Of a stretch of DNA of 64,000 nucleotides, positions 37,209 through 45,649 are shown piece after piece. The position numbers were made by a program, and so were the translations under genes. The notes under the pieces are model-generated. The model was not told the DNA's origin and did no database searches. It was given only the letters and a program-made list of their open reading frames with translations. Source of the DNA: an uncultured Candidatus Saccharibacteria bacterium (GTDB taxonomy: Bacteria > Patescibacteriota > Saccharimonadia > CAZBQI01); assembly GCA_964494105.1 (NCBI GenBank), contig CAZBQI010000001.1:67126-131125 (forward strand), given 5' to 3'. How positions within the stretch are numbered: the stretch's first letter is position 1; the number at the start of each line of letters is the position of its first letter.

Positions 37209-37825
37209 GTCAGCGGGATTTTTGGGAAGAGTGGAATAAGGAACATAAAGATACAGAGCAGGCCAGCGAATCAGTAAAGGAATTTGGCTATCTTATTAAC
37301 CCCGGCTGCAAAGTTTTAGAGTTGGGATGTGGCCCGGGAGTAGATGCTTCGTACTTAGCCAAAGATCATAAGGTTATTGCCACTGATTTTGCCGAGTCTG
37401 CCATTAGGCAGAACAAACAAGAGTTTAAGCAGTTAAAGAACCTGGAATTCATACAGCATGACACCAGCGAGCGGCTACCCTTTAAAGATGAAATATTCGA
37501 TGGCATCTATGCTAGGCTAACTCTGCATTATTTTGATGATAAAACTACCAGGGCAATTTTTACTGAAATTCATCGAGTATTAAAACCAAATGGAGTGTTT
37601 TATTTCGTTTGTAAATCTACTTTTGAACACTTTTTTGGCAAGGGGCGGAAAATAAACAAAGACACGTTTATTGATGATGCAAATAACTTGCGCCATTTCT
37701 TTTCAGAGGAATTCACCCGCAATAATCTAGAGGGGTTGTTTCGCGAAGAGAAGCTCGAGGTTAAAGATATGCTTATTTATGACAGCGATTCGAACGTGGT
37801 GGTATGTGTTGCTACTAAAATCTAG
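37205..37825 (+). CDS. class I SAM-dependent methyltransferase
   Basis: Glycine-rich motif I (VLELGCGPGVD) and motif II (VIATDF). 4-nt overlap. Confidence 0.8.
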   Translation: MSQRDFWEEWNKEHKDTEQASESVKEFGYLINPGCKVLELGCGPGVDASYLAKDHKVIATDFAESAIRQNKQEFKQLKNLEFIQHDTSERLPFKDEIFDGIYARLTLHYFDDKTTRAIFTEIHRVLKPNGVFYFVCKSTFEHFFGKGRKINKDTFIDDANNLRHFFSEEFTRNNLEGLFREEKLEVKDMLIYDSDSNVVVCVATKI

Positions 37826-38304
37826 CCAACCTGTGCAACTTCGACTAAACGCACTAGTGGTATTTGCCTGTCACCGGCCTGCTTTTGATAATCCTCATAC
37901 CATGAGCGATCTGCCGTGAGGGCTGCCCATGTTTCGGAATAATCATCACCAGTGAGAATCTGTGGCTCAACGTCATGTAGTCCGTTTTGTGCTAGTACGG
38001 TGATGAGTGGATCGCCTCGATCTCGTATATTTAAAAACCAGGCGGGATCATGTTCGGCACCCTGAAATGAAGCCACGACTATAGAATTACCGGTGGCATC
38101 TTGCCAAATAGGCAGTGCAACTTTGCGTTCTTCACCAGATTTGCGCCCCTTGGTGTAAAGCACTATATTTTCCATGCCTCCCATTTGCCATAGAGGTGTA
38201 TTTGGGTCTTTTTCTAGTTCACTTACGTGCCATGCACTTATCTTGGTTATTTCCGCAGGAGTAAGATCATCCCAGTCACGTTCCACCCCTTGATCTGTAG
38301 GCAT
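37822..38304 (-). CDS. hypothetical protein
   Basis: 160-aa ORF. Its stop overlaps the methyltransferase stop convergently. No recognisable motif. Confidence 0.4.
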   Translation of the reverse strand: MPTDQGVERDWDDLTPAEITKISAWHVSELEKDPNTPLWQMGGMENIVLYTKGRKSGEERKVALPIWQDATGNSIVVASFQGAEHDPAWFLNIRDRGDPLITVLAQNGLHDVEPQILTGDDYSETWAALTADRSWYEDYQKQAGDRQIPLVRLVEVAQVG

Positions 38305-38369
38305 CCGCTCTCCCTCGAGTTAGAAAAAAAGTATAGCACCTTGCATACACCGATAAAAAGTAGTTGTGT

Positions 38370-38621
38370 TTAACCGTACTTGATTTTGTATATATCAACA
38401 ATCAATACAAGACATAGCAATATGCCGTTGCCAAATATTATGACAGGGTCGTTCCTGGCTATGCCATATGTAAGCCACAGGCTCAAAGAAACTGTGGCGA
38501 TCAGTAGCCATATAAGCGACAAGTCCTTGGTATGTTTAGTTTTTACCGTCTTAACAACTTGCGGTATAAAACCAATAACACCTAGAATTCCGGCTGCAGA
38601 GCCAATGGCGTCAATAATCAT
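38370..38621 (-). CDS. SemiSWEET (PQ-loop / MtN3-like) sugar transporter
   Basis: 83 aa and 3 TM helices. The PQ motif is in TM1 (GFIPQVVKTVKTK). The size and pattern are typical of bacterial SemiSWEETs. Confidence 0.65.
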   Translation of the reverse strand: MIIDAIGSAAGILGVIGFIPQVVKTVKTKHTKDLSLIWLLIATVSLSLWLTYGIARNDPVIIFGNGILLCLVLIVDIYKIKYG

Positions 38622-38643
38622 TACATAACTGTATAATTAGTGG

Positions 38644-39021
38644 ATGGCAAAAACAAATTACCTCGCTGTTTACGGCACGCTTAAGCGCGAATTTGATTTA
38701 CCGATTATGAAAAAAGTTGAATCTGCGCTGTCGTATGAACAAGAGTGTGTTATACCAGGCAAGATATACGATTACGGCAGATACCCGGCCTTGGTTTTGG
38801 GTGAGGGCAAAGTGCATGCAGAACTTTACAAAATACACGATGAATCTGCACTTAAATTACTTGATGAGTACGAAGCAGTTGATAACGAACACAGTGAGTG
38901 GCCGGGTTTTCGCCGCACAAGGGTTACTTTGATTGAACCGAAAATTTTGTGCTGGGTGTATGAATATACCGGGAGCTTAGAGGGCGTGTCGCTGGTTGAA
39001 TCAGGCGAGTGGCATGCCTGA
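38644..39021 (+). CDS. gamma-glutamylcyclotransferase-like (AIG2/GGACT family) protein
   Basis: N-terminal YLAVYGTLKRE motif and a later E (YEAVD), with the size of the AIG2-like fold. Confidence 0.5.
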   Translation: MAKTNYLAVYGTLKREFDLPIMKKVESALSYEQECVIPGKIYDYGRYPALVLGEGKVHAELYKIHDESALKLLDEYEAVDNEHSEWPGFRRTRVTLIEPKILCWVYEYTGSLEGVSLVESGEWHA

Positions 39022-39889
39022 GTTGCCGGAAGTAGAAACAATCCGCAGAGGCTTAGATGGATTGATTGTGGGTCAAACATTCTCGAGTGTCGATGTTATT
39101 TTCTATAAAACGATAACTACAAAGTCCTTGACGCCAGTAATTGGCAGTAAAGTATTACGTGTAGCACGACGGGGCAAAGTTTTAATTGTTGAATTGACAA
39201 ACAATCTATCGCTCTTGGTTCATCTAAAAATGACCGGTCAACTGATCTTAGTGCAAAGTGAAAATAAAAGATTCGGAGGCGGACATCCTACCAAAAGTAT
39301 GACTTCTAAGTTGCCAGATTCCAGCACAAGGGCAGTCTTTGTTTTTAGAAGTGGCGATAGATTATTCTTTAACGACCAGCGTAAATTTGGCTGGATCAAG
39401 CTAATACCTACTGGCTTGGTAGATGGTGATTCGCTGATTGCCCGCCTAGGCCCCGAGCCTTTAAGCGAGGGCTTCACGTTGGCAGATTTTAAGGCGAGGC
39501 TGCAAAAACGCAGTGGGCCAATTAAAGCGGTCCTGCTCGACCAGTCTACCGTAGCTGGCCTTGGCAATATCTATGTAGACGAGGCGCTACATATGGCTAA
39601 AATTCACCCAAGCACTCCGGCCAATGCGGTCTCTAATACTAAAGTAAAAGCGCTGTATATTGCCATCCCGAAAATCCTGAATCAATCATTAGGCAAAGGC
39701 GGCACGAGCTTTACTCCGGCAGCTGCCGGATTTGTGAATCATATGGGTTTTATGGGTGATTACCTCAAGCACGCTCGTGTTTTTAGGCGCGAAGGCAAGC
39801 CGTGCCCGGAGTGCCACACAACAATCAATAAGATTCGAGTAGCGGGGCGGGGCACACATATTTGTCCGAAATGCCAACGTGAGCCTTAA
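39014..39889 (+). CDS. mutM: formamidopyrimidine-DNA glycosylase
   Basis: Start trimmed to MPELPEVETIRRGL (catalytic Pro2). H2TH region. C-terminal zinc finger (CPECHTTINKIRVAGRGTHICPKCQ). Overlaps the upstream gene by 8 nt. Confidence 0.85.
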   Translation: MPELPEVETIRRGLDGLIVGQTFSSVDVIFYKTITTKSLTPVIGSKVLRVARRGKVLIVELTNNLSLLVHLKMTGQLILVQSENKRFGGGHPTKSMTSKLPDSSTRAVFVFRSGDRLFFNDQRKFGWIKLIPTGLVDGDSLIARLGPEPLSEGFTLADFKARLQKRSGPIKAVLLDQSTVAGLGNIYVDEALHMAKIHPSTPANAVSNTKVKALYIAIPKILNQSLGKGGTSFTPAAAGFVNHMGFMGDYLKHARVFRREGKPCPECHTTINKIRVAGRGTHICPKCQREP

Positions 39890-39910
39890 AATAACGGTAC
39901 AATGTATTAA

Positions 39911-40663
39911 ATGACACATTTAGAGTTTGCGACCAAATTAGCTCGTGAAGCTGGCGCTGTTATTAAGGCCAACTTTGCCATTGGTATGAAAAAAGACTGG
40001 AAGGCCGACGACACACCGGTAACTGTTACCGACCACGCCATAAATAGAACCGTAATTGAAGCAGTTAGAAAAACTTACCCCAAAATGAGCCTACTGGGCG
40101 AAGAGGACAGCTTTATGGTGGAGGGGTCGGAATACACTTGGGTTTGTGACCCGGTAGATGGCACCATTCCTTTCTCGCACGGCGTGCCGACCTGTATGTT
40201 CTCGCTAGCTTTGGTAAAAAACGGCGAAAGCATCCTTGGTGTTTTGTACGAGCCATTTTTAAACAGAATGTTTACAGCTGAAAAAGGTAAAGGTGCATTT
40301 TTGAACGGCAAGCCAATTCAAGTGAGCAAAGCCAAGACTTTCAAGCGCTCAATTACCAGCGTAACTGAGCCCGGAGCCTATAAGGCTTTTGTCGATGCCG
40401 GCTCGCGGGTTATGAGTTTGCTTTCGTATTGTTATGTTTCGTCTTTGGTGGCTAGTGGTGAGCTCACCGCGGCAGTAGCCTGGAAATGGGCAGGGGCCTG
40501 GGATGTGGCTGCAGTAAAAGTAATAGTCGAAGAAGCTGGTGGCAAGGTAACCGACCTACGGGGTAACGAGCAACGCTACGACGGGCCACTAAACGGCGCA
40601 ATTGCCACAAATGGCATATTGCACGCCGAAGCACTAAAGCTGGTGCAGGTAGATAAGCCGTGA
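39911..40663 (+). CDS. inositol monophosphatase family protein
   Basis: Motifs LLGEE, WVCDPVDGT and the WAGAWD region. Confidence 0.8.
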   Translation: MTHLEFATKLAREAGAVIKANFAIGMKKDWKADDTPVTVTDHAINRTVIEAVRKTYPKMSLLGEEDSFMVEGSEYTWVCDPVDGTIPFSHGVPTCMFSLALVKNGESILGVLYEPFLNRMFTAEKGKGAFLNGKPIQVSKAKTFKRSITSVTEPGAYKAFVDAGSRVMSLLSYCYVSSLVASGELTAAVAWKWAGAWDVAAVKVIVEEAGGKVTDLRGNEQRYDGPLNGAIATNGILHAEALKLVQVDKP

Positions 40664-41607
40664 TTATCTTTTTCTACGGCCCAAACAACTTTGCTGCGCG
40701 CCGTAAGTTACAAGAAACCATTACACGGTTCAAAAGTACTACCGGCAATGATTTTAGCTTAGAGCAATTTTACGGTAGTAGTCATAATTTAAGTGCTAAC
40801 GAGGTAGTTAGCGCCATTACTACTGTGCCATTTCTGGCTGCCAACCGCCTAATAGTATTAGAAGAAATTCTGTCTAACAAGAAACTGGCCGAGGTGCTGA
40901 TACCGGCGCTTAATGACGTACCAAAAGAAACAGTTGTTTTAATACATGAATTAAAAGTAGACGAGCGGACCAAGCTTTTTAAGGAGCTCAAGAAACTTGC
41001 CAAAAGCGTGAAGTTTGAACAGCTAAGAGAGCACCAGCTGACTGCCTGGGTTCAAAAAACTACTAAAGAATTTGGCGGCAGAATAGACTCGTCTACCGCG
41101 AATTTTCTGGTAGAGCGCGTAGGGAATAATCAGTGGCGGTTATGGAATGAAATTCAGAAACTAGTGTCTTATAATTCACTCATTACCAGCAAAAGCATCA
41201 TCTTGCTGGCAGAGCCGGCATTTGAGAGCTCAATTTTTGATATGGTTGAAGCAATAGCAAGCGGGCGAACGGCAGAGGCGGTGAGCTTGTACTTGGGACT
41301 AAGAAATCAGAAGGCCCAACCACTGTATATTCTTTCAATGATTGCCTGGCAGATTCGTAATTTACTAGTAGTAAAGGCTGCCAGCTCGAGTTCAGAGAAT
41401 AACATTAGCGATGCCAAGATATCACCATTTGTTGTTAATAAAATTCGTCCGCTTACAAATGGCATTGAGCTAGACAACATCATAAAAAGCTATAAATCTA
41501 TTCAAGAGACCGACCTAAAGTTAAAGACTACCCAGACGAATCCGGATATAGAAATGCAGCAATTAATTTTGCGAGTAACTGGCTTAATTCTGCCTACTGC
41601 TCGATAG
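40660..41607 (+). CDS. holA: DNA polymerase III delta subunit
   Basis: The N-terminus IIFFYGPNNFAARRK and overall all-alpha layout are typical of HolA. GTG start overlapping the upstream stop. Confidence 0.6.
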   Translation: MIIFFYGPNNFAARRKLQETITRFKSTTGNDFSLEQFYGSSHNLSANEVVSAITTVPFLAANRLIVLEEILSNKKLAEVLIPALNDVPKETVVLIHELKVDERTKLFKELKKLAKSVKFEQLREHQLTAWVQKTTKEFGGRIDSSTANFLVERVGNNQWRLWNEIQKLVSYNSLITSKSIILLAEPAFESSIFDMVEAIASGRTAEAVSLYLGLRNQKAQPLYILSMIAWQIRNLLVVKAASSSSENNISDAKISPFVVNKIRPLTNGIELDNIIKSYKSIQETDLKLKTTQTNPDIEMQQLILRVTGLILPTAR

Positions 41608-41682
41608 ACTGAATTTGGCTAAACATACTTTTTCAGGCTATTCTAATTGATGATAATTCTTATGTTAAAAATGCGTGAGCTT

Positions 41683-42162
41683 ATGTCACGACCTACCATC
41701 CAAAAAAACTCTTCGGGCTTTACAATCGTAGAGCTAATAGTAGTTTTGGTGGTAATAGCGTTATTAATAGCGCTTACACTACCAACTATATTTAGTTTGC
41801 CAAAGCGAGCACGCGACACCCAGCGCAAGAAGGACCTAAAAGACATTCAGTTAGTCGCCGAAGAAGTTTTTGTAGATAATAACGGCTCTTATGGTCCGAA
41901 TGGACCGCTGGATCTTGATTTTTCGCAAATGAGCGACTTCTTTGACTATATGAACGAAAAAAGAAACGTGAATGTGCGAGACCCGAAAACAAACGAATAC
42001 TATGGAATTATCATATCTCCTCCGGATTGTCCCTTCGATCCAGGCTACTGCGATTCTTATACCTTGTTCGCAAATTTAGAGAACTGCAGTGACAAAGAAG
42101 CCGACAATCAGTGTCGATATAAAGTTAAGAGCATACCAAACCCAGACGAAACTTTAGAGTAG
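41683..42162 (+). CDS. type IV pilin / pseudopilin-like protein
   Basis: Class III signal peptide (MSRPTIQKNSSGFTIVELIVVLVVIALLIAL, i.e. G-F-T-x-x-E). Start chosen at ATG 41683; the ATG at 41671 is also possible. Confidence 0.6.
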   Translation: MSRPTIQKNSSGFTIVELIVVLVVIALLIALTLPTIFSLPKRARDTQRKKDLKDIQLVAEEVFVDNNGSYGPNGPLDLDFSQMSDFFDYMNEKRNVNVRDPKTNEYYGIIISPPDCPFDPGYCDSYTLFANLENCSDKEADNQCRYKVKSIPNPDETLE

Positions 42163-42513
42163 TTACTTACTAGGTGCTGATTTCTTAGCTACGGGTTTAG
42201 CTGTGGCTTTTTTGACTACTTTATCGGCTTTAGGAGTTGCCGACTTAGGTGTTTTACCTGCGCTTTTTGCGGCTTGAGCCAACTGTGATTTTTTGCGAGC
42301 TGCATTGTTCTTATGAATCAGGCCGGCCTTAACTGCTTTATCAATTTTTGATTGGGCGTTTTTTAGCTTATCGGCAACAGACTTATCACTGCTTGCTATT
42401 GCCATTGTCAACGCCTTGATATCGCTTTTCATGGCGCGCTTTACGCGGACATTGCGTCGCTGAGACTTTAGATTTTGCCGCATTCGCTTGGCGGCTGATT
42501 TTGTTATAGGCAT
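42163..42513 (-). CDS. rpsT: 30S ribosomal protein S20 with Lys/Ala-rich C-terminal extension
   Basis: The N-terminus (PITKSAAKRMRQNLKSQRRN) matches the S20 signature. The last 45 aa are K/A-rich. Confidence 0.8.
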   Translation of the reverse strand: MPITKSAAKRMRQNLKSQRRNVRVKRAMKSDIKALTMAIASSDKSVADKLKNAQSKIDKAVKAGLIHKNNAARKKSQLAQAAKSAGKTPKSATPKADKVVKKATAKPVAKKSAPSK

Positions 42514-42661
42514 GAATTATAGGTTACAGGGGTACGCGTAAGTGGTCAAGTAGATGAGTAATTCTTAGTTCTAAGTCATAATTTAACGTAAACATTTTCA
42601 TCTCTACACGAATGAGGGGAATTAAGGTATAGTTTATGGTGTTAAGGGGCTTAATATACTC

Positions 42662-44245
42662 ATGGAACCACAAACACAAAAAAATCAGATAGTAGAGCTA
42701 CTTAGAGCCAGTGAAAACCTGGTTATTACTGTAAGTCAGCGTCCAGATAGCGATCAGATATCGGCAGCTATTGGGTTCGCCGAAATCTTGCACAAGCTTA
42801 ATAAACACGCAGATGTGGTAATAAGCGGTGCAGTTCCAAGTAACTTAAGCTATCTTTCAACAGGATTGGTAAAAAAGAGCTTCAGTGGTATTCGCGATTT
42901 CGTTATTGATGTAGATACCTCGACGGTCGAGGCAGACAAGCTTCGCTATGTGCCGGAGGGCAAGAAGTTGCGTATCTACGTGACACCATTTAACGGTAAC
43001 TATTCAGCTGACGATGTGGACTTTAGCTACGGCGATTACCACTGTGATGCGGTGATTGCGCTTGGTGTTGATACACAGGAGCAAATGGATAAGCAAATTA
43101 CTAATCAGAAAGAGCTTCTAAGCAAAACTAAATTAGTTACCCTGAATATTGGCGATGGCAGTGGTGGTGCAGGGTTAAATTGGCATGTTGCAACGGCCAG
43201 TTCCATATGTGAACTTGTGATGACACTGCTCGAAAGTATGCAACCGGATATATTAGATGCCGACATTGCCACTTCTTTGCTGACCGGTATTATCAGCAAA
43301 ACGGATCACTTTACCAATGAGCGAACATCAGCCAAGGTCATGAACATTGCTTCGCAATTAATGGCCGTTGGAGCTAAACAAACCGATATAATAGAGCACC
43401 TCAAGAAGCCGGTTGATGCCCCAAGTGAGCCGGACAGTAAGGATCATAAGCCGGTAGCTCGTCCTCTGGGCGAAAAACCCAAATCCGAAGGCGAACTGGA
43501 ATCGGGGCAAGTACAAGAGTTGCCACACAAGGGTAAAAAGCTGGATGTTGATGAAGCCAAGTCAGACTCAGAACCCGAGCCAAAAACGTCGGCAGAGCAA
43601 GTGCCACCACCAATAGTTAATTCGCCCTTACAACCAGTTTCTGGCTTAACCCCAATTAACAGCCCGCCTTTGCCACCAAAGCCAATGCCAACGCCAACTC
43701 CGCCACCCCTGCAGCCAATTGAAACCAAGCCGGCAGATACACAAGTACCTAAAAGCGAGCCAGTGGCCCCGCCTGCAGAGCTAAAACCGCCGATAAATGC
43801 TAACCCCGTCGCGAATTCAGCTCCGCCGTTACCAAGTATTCCCTCAACACCAGCGCAAATGCCTTTGCCACCCTTACCGAAGCCACCAATTATAAAAGAC
43901 GTCCAGAGTGAGTCGCCCCTTGTAAGTACGGCGCCACCACCACTTTCACCGCTTGGTGTGCCGTCATTACCACCGCTACCACCTTCGCAACCGGGTGATG
44001 TTGCTCAGCCAAATACACCGCTTGCTCTGCTTACAAACAATGCCCCTCCACCAATAGTGACAGCAGGTAGCCCATCTTCAGTATCACCTGATATTCCGCT
44101 TGGCCCCGACGGCAAGCCAGATATCGAAGCAGCCCGCAGGGCAGTAGAAGAGGCCGAAAGAAACGCGCCAGCGCCACCTCCACCACCGGTAAACCCACCA
44201 TCGAACCCGGTGCCGCCACCTCCACCGGCAAATCCGGCATCATAG
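42662..44245 (+). CDS. DHH-family (NrnA-like) phosphoesterase homolog fused to a ~280-aa proline-rich tail
   Basis: The N-terminal 250 aa resemble NrnA (QRPDSDQISAAIGF instead of HxxPDGDAIGS; LLTGIISKTDHFTNE). The position where the DHH triad is expected reads IGDGSG. The C-terminal half is low-complexity P/S/A-rich. Confidence 0.5.
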   Translation: MEPQTQKNQIVELLRASENLVITVSQRPDSDQISAAIGFAEILHKLNKHADVVISGAVPSNLSYLSTGLVKKSFSGIRDFVIDVDTSTVEADKLRYVPEGKKLRIYVTPFNGNYSADDVDFSYGDYHCDAVIALGVDTQEQMDKQITNQKELLSKTKLVTLNIGDGSGGAGLNWHVATASSICELVMTLLESMQPDILDADIATSLLTGIISKTDHFTNERTSAKVMNIASQLMAVGAKQTDIIEHLKKPVDAPSEPDSKDHKPVARPLGEKPKSEGELESGQVQELPHKGKKLDVDEAKSDSEPEPKTSAEQVPPPIVNSPLQPVSGLTPINSPPLPPKPMPTPTPPPLQPIETKPADTQVPKSEPVAPPAELKPPINANPVANSAPPLPSIPSTPAQMPLPPLPKPPIIKDVQSESPLVSTAPPPLSPLGVPSLPPLPPSQPGDVAQPNTPLALLTNNAPPPIVTAGSPSSVSPDIPLGPDGKPDIEAARRAVEEAERNAPAPPPPPVNPPSNPVPPPPPANPAS

Positions 44246-44279
44246 ATAAATCTAGATCTTAATCTGATACGATTAGACC

Positions 44280-44549
44280 ATGAGTGAACTTGAACAGCTA
44301 GAACAGCGCGTTGCTCGCATAGAGGCACGCAATAAGCGGGTAGAGTACGATAAAGCCTGGGAAGTAAGTATTACGCGTCGGGCGATTTTAGCTACTTTAA
44401 CGTACTTAGTAGTAGCAGCTTTTCTGGTTATTATTCATAAAGATAATCCATTTGTGAACGCGTTAGTGCCAGCGATTGGATTCTTGCTTTCCACCCCTGT
44501 AGTACGCTTTGCGAAGCAGCGCTGGATTAAGCGCCAAGAACACAAATGA
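44280..44549 (+). CDS. hypothetical small membrane protein
   Basis: 89 aa. A coiled-coil-like N-terminus is followed by one TM helix. Overlaps truB by 4 nt. Confidence 0.3.
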   Translation: MSELEQLEQRVARIEARNKRVEYDKAWEVSITRRAILATLTYLVVAAFLVIIHKDNPFVNALVPAIGFLLSTPVVRFAKQRWIKRQEHK

Positions 44550-45229
44550 ACGGTATATTATTGGTAGATAAGCCAAGCGGGTGGACATCCTTTGACGTAG
44601 TAGCCAAAGTTCGTGGAATATTGAAGGCTTCAACAGGTCAAAAGGTAAAAGTAGGGCATGCGGGCACGCTGGATCCTCTGGCAATCGGGCTGCTCGTTAT
44701 TCTGATAGGTGATGCATGCAAACAAGCCGATATGTTCCTTAAACTCGATAAGCGCTATGACGGCGAAATTATGCTAGGCGCAACCAGTAACACCGATGAT
44801 GCTGAAGGGGCTATTACACAAGTATCCAAAACAAAACCGAGCCAGCAAAAAATTGAGGCAGTCTTGAGCAAGTTCGTAGGAGAAATATCGCAAATTCCAC
44901 CGGCTTTTAGTGCGATAAAAATGAACGGAAAGCGGGCCTATAAGTCTGCCCGAGCCGGCGAAGTAGTCAAACTAGAACCTCGAATCGTAAAAATATATGA
45001 ATGCTCACTTAAGTTGTACAATTACCCAGTTTTACAGATACAAACTCGCGTTGGTAGCGGTACCTATATTCGCAGTTTAGCCCGCGATATTGGTGCCGAG
45101 CTGGGTACTGGCGCTTACCTTAGTGCGCTGCGCCGAATTCAAATAGATGTCTATTCCGTGAATGAAGCTGTACAAATGTATGAACTCGACATTGCTAAAA
45201 TTCGAGCGAACATCAAATCTGTTCAATAA
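44546..45229 (+). CDS. truB: tRNA pseudouridine(55) synthase
   Basis: The motif GILLVDKPSGWTSFDVV and the catalytic Asp in GHAGTLDPLA. Confidence 0.85.
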   Translation: MNGILLVDKPSGWTSFDVVAKVRGILKASTGQKVKVGHAGTLDPLAIGLLVILIGDACKQADMFLKLDKRYDGEIMLGATSNTDDAEGAITQVSKTKPSQQKIEAVLSKFVGEISQIPPAFSAIKMNGKRAYKSARAGEVVKLEPRIVKIYECSLKLYNYPVLQIQTRVGSGTYIRSLARDIGAELGTGAYLSALRRIQIDVYSVNEAVQMYELDIAKIRANIKSVQ

Positions 45230-45268
45230 CTTGAGTCAAAAAATATATATTGGTATACTAACTTAACT

Positions 45269-45538
45269 ATGGCAAGCGCAGACACACCCAAAGCAGAGAT
45301 CATCGCTGATGCAGCAGAGCATAAGAAAGATACTGGTTCGCCCAGCGTTCAGATAAGTATATTTACGCGTCGTATTCAGCAGTTAACCGACCACCTCAAG
45401 ACACACAAGAAAGACCATCATTCTCGACGCGGGCTATTACAGATGGTAGGCAAGCGCCGTCGCCTCCTTGACTATTTGAAGAAAAAAGACCAAAATAAGT
45501 ATCAGACATTGGTCAAAAAGCTCGGACTTCGTCGCTAA
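45269..45538 (+). CDS. rpsO: 30S ribosomal protein S15
   Basis: 89 aa. [27 protein letters not shown] is the S15 signature. Confidence 0.9.
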   Translation: MASADTPKAEIIADAAEHKKDTGSPSVQISIFTRRIQQLTDHLKTHKKDHHSRRGLLQMVGKRRRLLDYLKKKDQNKYQTLVKKLGLRR

Positions 45539-45649
45539 TAACAATAGAGGTAGTAGGTAGCAGAGCTGTAGGATAACCTTATCCTGAACTGTGCTACGTA
45601 CAACTCACCCTAGAAGGTAGGTTTCCTCTTTAAAGAAAGGTATTTCCAT

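Noticed and set aside
41643-41846. 67-aa minus-strand ORF.
   Set aside because: It overlaps the type IV pilin gene, whose class III signal peptide is unmistakable.
45539-45649. Hairpin aggata-acct-tatcct in the rpsO-pnp spacer, considered as a terminator or RNase III site.
   Set aside because: The stem is short and there is no U-tract. It is probably part of the pnp leader structure, but it is not strong enough to call.
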